Both the position numbers and the translations under genes were made by a program. Shown here piece by piece: positions 49,901 to 61,521 of a stretch of 64,000 bases of DNA. Origin of the DNA: Cyanophora paradoxa CCMP329 (taxonomy: Eukaryota; Plantae; Glaucophyta); the NCBI GenBank assembly GCA_004431415.1, contig QPMI01000005.1:62001-126000 (forward strand). Reading direction: 5' to 3'. Under the pieces are notes generated by a model. It ran no database searches. It was not told the DNA's origin and saw only the letters and a program-made list of their open reading frames with translations. The stretch's first letter is position 1. Each line of letters begins with the position of its first letter.

Positions 49901-52900
49901 CGGGCGCCCGGAAGGCCTGCGGGCGGGGCTGTAAATCAGACCGCTGCGATCGGCAGAACGGCTCGCGCTTAGCTATTTCTTCGATTCGGGTCTGGATGTG
50001 ATCTATACCGACCCCAGCGCAATAGGCGGGCCGGAGCCTCGCCTCTATAACTTATAATTATAAAATAAGCTTTAGCTTAAGAGGCGGGGCGGTAAGTCAG
50101 ACGGCTGCGATGGGCAGAGCGGCTACCTATAATAAGCTTGGGCTATCTATCGATATCTATCTATCTATCCTGGGCTGGACGTGATCTGCAATAAGCAGAG
50201 CGGCTTGTTGCGCCTGGGGCGCGCGCGCGGGCCGCCTGGGGCCTCGCCTCTACAGTAATATAATAATCTATAATCTCTACAGGGGACTGGGGGGAGATCT
50301 ATAATAACGGCTCTCAGTAATATATAAGCTTTCGCTTAAGAGGCGGGCCGGGGTCTAGGTCTCGCCTCCTGCACGGGGGTACGGATGCGCTCGGGCGTCA
50401 TCGCGCTCTTGCTCCCCGCGCAGAGGCGCGTGAACATCGACTGGAGGACCCTCGGTGCCGCCGAGTTGGGCCCCGCCCCCGCCGCCTGAGGCGAGAGGAG
50501 AAAGTGAGCAGGCGGGTGAGCCGGGCGGGCGGCGCTCAGGTGAGCCGGGCGGGCGGCGCTCAGGTGAGCCGGGAGGCGCTCAGGTGAGCGCGCCTCGTCA
50601 TAGGCGGCGCGGGCCTTGCCCACCGCCTCGCACACGTTGTCCAGCGCCCTGCGAAAGGGAAACGCTCAGATGCGGGGCCATAGCTAAAGCTAGTAACTAG
50701 AAGCTGGAGAAGCTAGAGGGAGGCGAAGCTAGCGGGTCCAAGGGCGAACCGAAAGGAGCAAGCGGAGCTATATATAGAGGGGCGCGGCCAGAGACAGGGC
50801 AGAGTCTAGGGGGGCCAAGCCAGAGGGGGGGTACGCCCGCCCGCCCGTGCACGTGTTTGTGTGGGCGACGACGAGGATGCGCGGGGGCGCCGGCGGGTCC
50901 GGGGCCGCCGCCGCCGCCGCCGCTTTCTTCCCTTTGCCCGCTGGTGACTTGAACGCGCTCTTCGCATCCAGGTACGCCTTCGGGGGGTACGTACGGGATC
51001 AAAGGGCGGAGGAGGGGGGTACGCAAGCGGCGCGCGCACGTGGACGATCGCGAGGAGGACGCGGCCGATGAAGTAGGTCTTGCCCTGTACCCCCGCCCGT
51101 CAGAAAAGAGAGAGGGGGACAGACACAAAGGGGGGTACGCACGGTGCCCGGGGGCCCCTGCACGATGTGGGTGCGCTGCGACAGGAACCGTTCCAGGGCG
51201 CTCAGGTGAGCGTCCTCCAGCCCCAGCCTCGCGGCGGTGGCTAGGATGGCGCCGGCGTTGTCGGGCGGGGCGGCGGGCAGGAGGCCCGGCCGGTCCGCGG
51301 CGGCGGCGGCGGCGGCCCAGGCGCGGAGTCCGGAGAGTACGGAGGAGGGCCCGAGGGGGGCGAGGCCGCGCGCGTGGGCGGCGGCGCGGGGCCGGAGAAC
51401 GTCCGTCGCGTCGTCGCAGAGGAGGTACAGGGCGCCGGCCTCGAGCCTCGCCGGCGCCGTGTAGAAGCCGGCGTGCGTGCCCACCCGCACGCGGTCGGGC
51501 GAGCGGCTTCCCGAGGCGAGACTCACCCACTCGATCGAGAGGGCGGGGAGGGTGGAGGCCGCCGGGGGCGAGGGCGACCGTTCGCCGCCCGGGACGGCGC
51601 AGAGGACCAGCGGCGCCATCCGCTGAAGGAGCGTGCCGTCGGGTCCCTCGAACGGCGGGGCCGGAGCATTCGAAGCCTTCGAAGCCTTCAAAGCCTTCGC
51701 CGGCTGCTCGCCGGCGGGGCGGAGGACGACGGCGTGGAGGCAGACGAAGTCCTCCTCGCCCAACGCGGGCTTGGCCGCCAGCAGGCGGAGCTCCCCGGGG
51801 GCGCCCGTCGCGACTCCGACCGCCGCAGCGCCGGCCGCCAGCGCCGCCGCCGGCAGCGGCGCCGGAGCTCGAGGAGGGGTCGACTCGGCGGGGGCCGCCG
51901 AAGCTGATGCCGATAGGATAGCTGATGAGGCGGCGAGGTGGGCGCGCCTGCCGCGCAGGTCCTCGCGCCCCGCGGCCCACTCGAGGGCGTCAAGGTAGGC
52001 AGCCGAGGCCGCAGGCCCACCCGGCGCTGCCCGCTCCCGCGGCAAGGGTGGCGGCGGGCGCTCGAGGGGCAGCACGAACTCCAGGCCCCGGCCTGGGGGG
52101 TACCGCGCCGCCAACGCGGCGCGGGCGGCGCGCAGGACTCCGCACGCGGCGGCCGCGCGCCGCGCCACGCGCCGCGCCGCCTCCGCCGCGTTGCCCTCCC
52201 ACAGCGCCTGCGCCGCCGTCAAACCACGTCTAAAACTTCAAAGAGCTAAGATCCAAGCTTCCTAAACATCCAAACTCCTAAAGAGCCTGAAGAGCCAAAC
52301 TTCTAAATTCAAAGCTCTCACCTGGACGGCGTGGGGGCCAGAGACGGGCCCCGCCGGCGCGGGCCCGCCGAGCGCCCGCAGCACCCGCGCGGGGCAGGCG
52401 GCCACGCAGGGCTCCGGGAAGGCGAACAGCGCCTGCCGGGCGCCGTTAGAAGCTTGGGGAGAAGCTCTAGAAGAACTCTTGAAGCTTGAAAGCTGGAGCG
52501 ATGCTTAGCGCGGAGATCGTAGTGAGTATATACGAGCCGCGGCTCGGAAGCGAAGCTTAGAAGCTTTAGTACAACTGTGGAAGCCTAGAAGCTAGCGTAG
52601 ATGGCGCCTGCCAGGCGCGGCGCCGGCAGATGCTTAGTCAGCAAGAAGCCGTAAGTGGCCTGTTGAAAGGCGTCGATTTAAACTTCAAGCAAAAAGCCGT
52701 AGTTAGAAGCTTAGTACTAGTGAGAAGCCCTACGAGTTACAAGCCTAGGTCGCAGCACCTTGAGCTCGGTGGCGAGGGCGAGGGGCCGGCGGGCGAAGGG
52801 CGCCGCCCGCAGCGGGCCGTCGTCGGGGGCCCCCACCTGCGAGGGCGGGGCGAGGCGGAGTCACACGGAGTCTGCAGGAGGTGGGGCGGGGCGGGGCACT

Positions 52901-55647
52901 AAGGGGTATTGGAAGACGAGGCGGGCTCCAAGCCTTCTAAGGCCCTCTAACTTTAACTCTACCTCCGAGCTAACCTCTAGCCTGCTAACTTAGAAGCTGA
53001 AGTGAAAAGCTCAGCCACGAGGCGGGGCGGGGCGCCAGAGGCACGGGAACACTAGGCGGGCTGCAGGCAAGCTCGAGCTCGGGCTAACCCTAGGACTAAC
53101 TTAGAACTCGAAGTGAAAAGCGGGGGAAAGGGGCGCGCACCGCCTCGTGGCAGAGCCAGTGCGCGTCCCACAGCCGCCTCAGGAGCCCCGCCGCCCGCCC
53201 CCGCCGCCCCTCCGCCTCCCCGTCCCCCGCCTTAGGTTTCCCTCCGCCTTGGACCATACCAAGCGCCGCTTCGCCCCAAAGGGCGTCCCGCACGGCATCC
53301 CACTCCCCCGCCTCGTGCGCCAGCACCGTCACGGAGCCGCAGCCGTAACCCCCGGCCCCGGCCCCGGCCCCGGCCCCGCCCTTCGAAGAAGAGGAAGGCA
53401 GCGGGGCGTGCGCGGGGCCGGCGCCGGCGGCGGCGCCCAAGGCCGCCTCGAGGGCCGACGCGAGGCGTGAAGGTACGCCCTCGCAGTCGATGCGGCCCGG
53501 CGGCGCCGCCGGCGCGCTCGCGGGGGGCCACGAGGCCGCGAAGATCTCTGCAAACGAAGGCTGTCAGAGGCGCTAGCGGGGGCTACACCTATGTTTTGGC
53601 TCCAGCGCTTCTAGGACGGCGCTCGACATTTGATCTCCGGCGCACCGTTCCCGGCGGGCCCTTCCACTCGAACGGCAAAGGCGCAGAGGGCGCTGTCCCC
53701 GGGCCGCCGCGCCGCCGCCACCGCAAGCACCGCGTCCTGCATACCCGGCGGCGGCGACGGGAGGGGGGATACGGTCAGAAGGGTCGGGGGAGGGGGTACG
53801 GCGCAAAGAGGGGTCGGCGCGCGTCGTTTTGGAGTCGGAGGGGCGGCGGGAGACGGGTACGAAGGATAAAGAGGAGGCGGCGCGCCTCGGAGCCGGGAGG
53901 GGGGTACGGTAAGGGAAATGTGGCTGAGGTGAAGCTTAGGGATCAAAGCACGAGAAGCGTAAGGGGAGGGGTGTGGAAGAGGGGGAGGGGGTCGGCGCTA
54001 AGAGGGGGGGAGGGGGGGGGGGGGGAGGGGGGGAGGCCTGGGCGGACCTCGAATCGGGGGAGGCGCAGCGACGCGGCCCCCGTGGGGATCGTCCGCTCCT
54101 CCACGCACGCCGCAATCTGCAGGCGGGCCTCAGCGTCGGAATCCGGGAAGGGGGGGGAAGAGAAGGGGGGTACGCACGCGGAGGGCGAGCCCGCGGTCCC
54201 CGAGCTCGTCCCGCAGCGCGCCCACGGGCCCCGTCGGAGGGCCCTCCTCCCCCGCCGCCTCCGCCGCCGCCGCCGCCAGGTCGTCCAGTGACGTCACGCG
54301 GCCCGCCGCGAGCTCGCGGCGGCGCTGGGGGGGTACCGTTTCCGCCAGGAGCGCCACGTCGCCCCGCGCCCGGGCCGCCGGGAGGCACCGCCCGGCGCAG
54401 GGGCACGTGGAGAGCGGTCCCGAGCAGGCGGCCCCAGCGGGCACCGCGTGTAGTCGACGGCGCCGCCGCCGCCGCCGCCGCCGCCGGGCGCCGCCTCCCG
54501 CAGCGCGTCCGCGGCGTCCGCGATGAGGCGCGGGCCGACGAGCGCCCACAGGTCCCCCGCGTTAAACTCCGCCTGCGGCCGGCCGGTCGGGTCGGGTCGG
54601 GGCCGAGTCTGCGGAGCCGCACGCGGCGGGGGCGCGGCGGGGCGCACCCCCGAGCGGTCGCGGGCCCAGATCTCGCCGAGCCCGCTCACGTGGACGTTGA
54701 AGGGGAGCCGGCGCCTGCTGAGCACGCGCCGGAGCACGGCGACGTACATGGCGACCTGGAGCGCAAAACAGGTTTAGAGAGACATCTGTCTCTTAGGATA
54801 CGCTCAGATCTAGAGCTTCACCTGGAGCTGCTGGTGCAGCTTCGGGAGCTGCGAGTTCTTGACGTCGACGACCCGCAGGCAGGCGCGCCAGCGGCCGGCC
54901 GCGCAGCCGCAGCCGGCGCGGCCGCAGGGCGCGGGGCGCACGCCCAGCAGGTCCAGCACGAACGGCCGGATCCTGAAGGGCGGCGGGGCGGCCCCGCCCG
55001 GCGCCGGCCCCGGCGCCGGCGCCCCGCCCAGGCCGAGGGCCCCGACAAGGGCCGCCAGTTCGTGCTCGTCGGCGGCGGGCCACCGAAGGAACGCCGCCTG
55101 ATCCTCGTCCGCCATTCGGAACCTCGCCTGCGGCGTCGCCGCGCGGTACCTGTGAGCTCGGCCGAGGCCAGGGGGGCGCGTGCTCGTGCTTAAGCTTAAA
55201 CTTGGATCTAATTCGGCACCGTACCTGCGCGAGCCAACAGGGCTGCCGGGCGAGGCGTCCCTCGCAGAAGTCGCGCAGGAATCCCATCGCGGGGTCCTGA
55301 TCGCCAGCGGGACGCCCGTAGGGCGGGTCCAGGACGCGGGCGCCGCCGCGCCGCAGCTCGTCGACGACCTCGCGCTCGTACGCGTTCCCCGCCTGGAGGT
55401 ACACGTTGAGCTCTTCGGCGGGAACGGCCTCGCCCGCTCCGATCTGGCCCTGCTGTCCCTGTGCGCCCTGGGTCAACGTCAGGTGAAAGCTCGATGAATG
55501 CGAACACGCGCATCGCACCTGGGCGCTCCTGAGCAGCTGTACGGGGCATCGGTGCACGTAGAAGGCCGCGATGTGCGATACGGGAAGCCTCGGGGGCGCG
55601 TCCGCGCCGCCCGGATTCGCGTTCGGCATCGCCGGCTGTGCCGCCAT
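46959..55647 (-). CDS. RecB/Cas4-like PD-(D/E)XK nuclease (TM0106-type) fused to a UPF1/Dna2-like SF1B helicase
   Basis: Nuclease: VSHIAAFYVHRCP, AGNAYEREVV, FVLDLLGVR...LRVVDVKNS...LHQQLQ|VAMY, ACSGPLSTCPCAGRC. Helicase: IVQGPPGT|GKT, FDYVIVEEASQ, LLLVGDDEQ|LEPI, GYRC, TIDKAQGQEAPVVIVS, RRLNVAVSRCIAKCVLV. Probable stop at 46959 (...DLRALLRL*). Some internal exons are unresolved. Confidence 0.85.
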
Positions 55648-56099
55648 ACGCGAAGTCTCGAGGTGGGAATGTCGCTCAGCGATCGATGGAGCTAACGGCA
55701 GCGAATCCTATCGCTCTGCTGTGGTCGATCGCCGGGCCGCGTTCACCTGCTTCTGCACGTACGTGTGTACCCACAGCCAGCGCGTTGCAATATGGCCCTC
55801 CAGCCGAGCGGCTGTGGCGCTTGCATTTTGAAGTTCAACAGCCTGGCCATGGCAGCCCGGCCCGCCATTAATGTTCTCGACACTGCCCGCCACTCAGTGT
55901 GACTGCCCGCTGCAATCTGCTCCCGCTCCTCCTTAAGCCTAGTCTTGCACCCTCCCCGCCATGGCCAGCCCCCGCAGCCCGCGCGCGGCCGGCGCCGCGC
56001 CCGCCATGCATATGGCCACCCCGCCCGCTCGCGGCCGGCGCCGCGGCCGGCGCCCACCGGCGCTAGCGCTGCGCTGCAGCTCAGCGGCTGCCTGCACTA

Positions 56100-57876
56100 G
56101 TTCTGCAGCACTGCGGCAGTATGAGGCGCTATAAACGAATTTGATGCTCAGTAGTAGATTATCCCATGTTCCTTCTGGAAGAAAAAGCAGTTTAGTACTA
56201 TGGCAGACTCAAACTGCCAGCATTGTAGGCGCTGCAAACAGTCAGACTCACTGAGTGGAGTTCAATCCAAGGCTGGTCCAGCCTGGCTGCCAACAGTCGT
56301 GCCAGTATGTCTGGTAATTTATAAGTGGGGAACCTGTGAATCGCACGTCAATGGAAGATTTGTCCATCTCATTGATATACTCAATTCGATATGCACTTGA
56401 AGGCTGCCAGGGCTGCCTTGACTCACTGTGGTCACTGAGATGGGTTCCACAGGACGAGGAAAAGTCACTGACAGGGAGCGGGCCGTCGCGGAGATTCAGG
56501 CTCTTCCTATGTGGCGCCGTCGGGTGTCCACATAGGTTGGCTTTCCATTCTGCTGGCGCCCTGGGGGTGGTGGCCCAGGGTCCTGTACGTGGCTTCCGCT
56601 CACTCCCCACGCTAGTGGGTCCCTGACGGGCCTTGCACGTCCCATTCGGGGCCTCTGCGGCTTTGTCATACCCAGTCTTGCTGGCGTGGATGTGTCTACT
56701 GCATTTCTCTCTCTCTCACTGAGTGACGTGTGACTCTGTGACTTTTAGAAAAAACAGTGGCAGCCGCTGCTCTTGCCAGTGAGCTTGGAAGTACAAGGCA
56801 GTAAGATCTGCCACAGAGTCGAATTTTGAGGCTCAAATTGTGTATCCGGCTGTCATTTCAATGGAAAGTCCCTTTTTCTTCTCTTTTTTTCTTTCTGAAG
56901 TGTTGGACTGTTCAGTGCCGGTTCAGTTTCTGCTCGATTCTCGCAATTTGCAAACAACAGACAAACAGACTCTGAGAATATGCCACACGCTCCACAAAGA
57001 AGAAAACACAACAGAGTCATAAAACAATATATAAGCTTATATGTAATTACCAATTCAATTCTTGCCGAAACAACAAACATCAAACATCAAACATGCGCAG
57101 TACACATTCTAGTTACATGCCAATCATGATCAAGTCAATCATGCCAATCGTGATCATGATCAAGTCTTTTTTGAAGTCTCTTCCCAATCATGATCAAGTC
57201 TTTTTTGAAGTGTTCCTGAAAACTCTCAACTCGAAAAAAACTTTGATAATGAATTCGAAACACTTCTGCAGAAGCATGTTTTTGATCATGATGTCTGGGC
57301 CAAGCTTAAGCGTCTTATAACCAACATGCAAGCGTTGCCTCTCAGCCAACAGCAAACAACAATTGCAAGTACAAGCAAGTGTTTTTTGAAGATTGTTTTC
57401 TCAGAGTGTTATTGTGAATGAAAGAGTTCATTGGAATTTCAATCTAAAGATAAATCGCAAGCACGCCTTAAGCTTCCGTGCCTAATTTGCAATTGTCGCT
57501 TGTGTAATTACAATTATGATTCCGATATCATAGTATGGTCATGACCGATCATGATGTCCAGGTCAAGCTTGACCATGATGTCCAGGTCAAGCTTGACCAT
57601 GATCATGAACAAGTGTTTCCTCCCAGCCAATTGCAACAGAAAACAAGCCTTGAAGAAGCACAACGAAGTGCTTTCAAGTTTTTCAAATCAAAACATCATA
57701 TCAAACCTAATGTTCATTTGTTCATTCTTTCTACAAGTGAAGATCTTCACTTGGTAGTAGAATGTTATTCAGTCCTAGATAGAGCTTCTCCTTTCTTATG
57801 CATATAGTTATTCAAATGATGAAGGTCATTTCAAGTTTTCTGAATAATTCTGGGGGGGTGCGAGGGGACGGAGCCC
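56100..57876. mobile_element. AT-richer, visibly CpG-poor decayed element
   Basis: Abrupt composition shift with many TG/CA dinucleotides, short internal duplications (catgatgtccaggtcaagcttgac x2) and a GC-rich hairpin-like right end. No intact ORF. Confidence 0.35.
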
Positions 57877-57893
57877 CGGCCCCCTGCTTGTGC

Positions 57894-58300
57894 GGGACCC
57901 CGGTTCGAATCCGGACCGGAACTACCAAACTCGCTTCAAATCCCGGAGAAACCCCGACCTCGGGGCCCCGCAAGGGGTACCGAGCTCCTGGTCCCAACAC
58001 GGCCAAGCATAGGAGCCATCAAGCAAGCAACTAGGACCGTGCAACTGGGTACATCATGCCGAAGACTCACGACTGTGGACACACGCACCTTCAGCTGCGG
58101 CCCCATTGGAGGCTCCGGAGGATTATCTCTGAAGGGTACAATCAGCTCTGGGAGAACTGGCTCGGCAAGACCGGACACATAGTTAATTGGACTACGACGT
58201 ACCCGCTCACAGTAGTAGAGTAGCCCTCGTGCCGGTGGATGTGACAGACGGTGGGGTGGTGTGCATGTAAGGAATGACACCACAAACTTCAAAAAAAAAA
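57894..58300 (+). mobile_element. tRNA-derived SINE (5'-truncated) with poly-A tail and 17-bp TSD
   Basis: B-box/T-arm CCGGTTCGAATCCGG at the 5' end, A10 tail at 58291-58300, and the perfect direct repeat cggccccctgcttgtgc at 57877-57893 and 58301-58317. A 3' stem GTGGTGT...ACACCAC is present. Confidence 0.9.
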
Positions 58301-59266
58301 CGGCCCCCTGCTTGTGCAAATCTTGAATATATGATTCGAATATTAATTCGGCGCTCACTGATCATGAGTCCGACGGTCAGCGGCTTCTAGGGCTGCACGA
58401 GAGCTCGAGGGCTCAGCGGCTGGGCTGTGCTTCGGGGCTTCGGTGGACTCCGGGACATGCACTGGCCATGGCCATGGGGGCCGGCTGCTGCTGCAGGCTT
58501 CAATGAGTGGAACAGGAATCAACGGATCGATAGATCGATTCACGTACAATCGCAACTGAAGTACAATCGCAACGTTCCTACCATAATTACTATAAGCTGT
58601 GGGTGCACGTCGGTGGGCAGACTCTGAGAATTCGAATTCGAAAACGAAGTTGTCAAAAATTATCTGGATACCGATGTATCGACTGCCAAAATATGCACAA
58701 TACGGTGCATGAGTACCGAAGGGCGCTACCCCGAAGCTAGCTATCATTGCGATTCTGTCTGAATGAGAACTACGCTAAAACAAGGCCGCAGGGGCCATCT
58801 ACCCGTAAGTTTCACAAAACACACACGCAGAACAAACAAGTACGTATAAACTGTTGGTATCTACAAGTACATTTCAAGGAAAATCGATCCGAAACGGCGG
58901 ACAGGTGCAGCCGTGCCGCGGAAAATCACCACTGGGGCCATCTGCTCGCTCGTTCACAAGCGATCTGATATGCTCTCGAAGTCTCTCTCTAACGTGAGGA
59001 TGCGACTGCTGACACAAGAGCATAATTTATAAGTGGGAATGGGATTGCTAACGAATCGAGAGCATGCGGCTACAGTACGAAAAGCAGGCAGGCTGCAGGC
59101 ACGCCTGATCACACGCAAAAGCAACTAACCGCTGAACGAAAAGAAGAGAGCACGCGACTAACTCAACGACTAGCACTAGACAGCAATCCGAAAACAAGGA
59201 ATATGCGCTACACTGGGCAGAGAAGCCCTACCCCCCTACATTGGTACGAAACGAAGACCGGAGAAG

Positions 59267-61490
59267 TCAGGAGGCGGGGCGGCGCCACGCCGTGTGCCGC
59301 TCGATGGTGGCGATTAGGTCCTCCTTGCGGATCTGCGAACGAAGGCAGATCGAATCAGATCGGATCGAATTCAAATTCAAATTCGAACTCGGGTTGGAAT
59401 GCTTCGGGCGCACGGGCTTGAAGATGGCCTCGTCCATGCCGGCGTGGAGGCAGCGCTCGCGGCTGCCCTCCATGGAGTTGGCGGTGAGGGCGACGATGGG
59501 GGTGCGGCCGCGGATGGCGCCGGCGGCCTCGAGGGCGCGGATCTCGCGGGCGGCGGCGAGGCCGTCCTTGACGGGCATCTCGACGTCCATAAGGACGAGG
59601 TCGGCCCGCCGCCGCGCGCAGAACTCCACCGCCTCCAGCCCGTGCGCCGCCATCTAGAGAGGGAGGGGGGGGGAGCCGTTCAGAAAAAACAAAAAAAGAA
59701 AAAAAACCAAAAATTGCTCAGAAAGCCGATCAGAGAAGCTCGGACAGAGACGGGCAGGGGGGTACACACCTCGACGCGGGTGAAGCCGGCCTTGTCGAGG
59801 AGCGCGCGGCAGACCTTGCGGTTCAAGTCCACGTCGTCCGCCACCAGAATGAGCGGCTGGAAGGGCGGCGGCGGCGGCGCCGCCGCCGGGGCAGGCGCCA
59901 TCGCCGCGTCGGGCGGCGCGGAGGCCGCGCGTGGCGCCAGCGCCGGCACCGGACTGGCCCGGCGTGACACCGGCAGGTTGAGGGGACCCTCGGGGCCCCT
60001 CCTGAACGCGGCCGGCGGCTCCTCTCCCGCGCCGCCGGCGCCGCGTGGCGGAAGGCCCCGCCCCTGGTCCGAACCCGTGCCTGTGGGGCTGACCGAGCCC
60101 CCCGAGCGGTCGCTCCACGCGCCGCTCCCGACGATGCGGGCCGAGTTGCCGGCCCGCCGCTCGGAGGCTCTGGCACCCTCGATCGCCGCCGCCACCTGCA
60201 GATGCGGGAGCGGCAAGGGGGCGCCCGCGCGGAGCAGGGCGACCCGCGGGTGCTCCAAGGCCGCAGCCCCCGCCGAGCCCTGCTGGTGGTACGAGGGCCG
60301 CCGCGTCGCCAGCGTACCCAGGCCGGCGAGGCCCCCCGGTAGATCCAGCGTCGGGTCCTCGGCGGGGCCGGCGCCCGGCTGGCCAGCGGCCGGCGAGGCG
60401 GGCCGCAGAGGGGACGGGGATGCGCTGGAGGCGTTGGAGGGCCCGGCGTGCCCCGGCCGGGCGGAGAGCGGGCTGCCCCGGCGCCGCCGGGGCGACGAAG
60501 CGCTCCACGAGGCGTCTCCGTCCGAGGCGTAGCCGGGCGCCATCGCCGCCACGTCGTTCATGGAGAAGGACCGCAGCTGCGCGGCGACCAGCGGAGAGGC
60601 CCGAGCGAGCCCGACGGCCTCAAACTCCGCGGCGACGGCGGCCGCCGCCCCCGCCGCCATCGCCCGTGCCGCCATGTGCACGGGCGGCGTCTGCGCCCGC
60701 GGCCGGCCCGTGGGAGGCACCCCGGTCCTTGCCCCGACGCGCGCCTCCGCGGCTCGGGGCCGAGGCCGCCGGACCGGCCCCGCGAGGCTCTGCGCGAGCC
60801 TCGGCGGGATCTGCCGGGCTGCTGGCCGCCCCGGGGCCCGCGAGCAGCGCCGCCGCCGAGGCCACAGCCTCCCGGTCGCCCTCGTCGTCCTCCGCGTACC
60901 CCTCGGCGAGCTCCGGCGCCGGCGCGGGCCCGAGGGGCGCCGAGGGCCGCCTGCGGGCCCGCTGCTCCAGTGCCGCCTCGCCGGCGGCGAGGACGGCCGC
61001 GAGGCGGTGCAGCCGCACGGGCTTGGGCAGCGTCGCGTCCTGGAAGGCGCCGCGCTTGCCGCGCGACTGGACCGCCTGCAGCTCGCGCGCGGCGCGGCGG
61101 CGGGGCGAGACGAGCATGGCTACGAAGACCGCCGAGGAGACGCGGGGCCGCCAGGCGCGGGCCGTCGGCACGGCGAGCGACGCGTCTAGCAGCAGGACGA
61201 GCCGCTCGCCGTCGCGCAGCTTCCAGACGGCGTGCGAGACGGCCGAGGCCTCGCGCACCGCCTGGACGCTCCCGTAGGGCCGCCCGCCCAGCGAGAGGAC
61301 GAGCTCGGCGAGGACGTGCGCCACGTTCGGGTCCGGGTGGGCGATCAGGACCGAGGCGCGGGCCCCCCCGAGCGAGCCGGCCCAGGCGCGCGCGACCGCG
61401 GCGGGGGGCGCGCCCCCGGCGGCGGGACGACCGACGGGGGCGGGAAGGGCAGCGACTCGTCCAGCGCAGGCAAGCCGCAGGGCGGGGCCT

Positions 61491-61521
<31 letters not shown>

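Noticed and set aside
46959-55647. Assigning the gene symbol DNA2 or UPF1
   Set aside because: No UPF1 CH domain is present. The nuclease region and long middle part look more TM0106-like, and orthology cannot be shown without a search.
57894-57925. tRNA gene (GGTTCGAATCC)
   Set aside because: Only the T-arm and acceptor 3' side are present, with no D or anticodon arm. The TSD and poly-A tail indicate a SINE.
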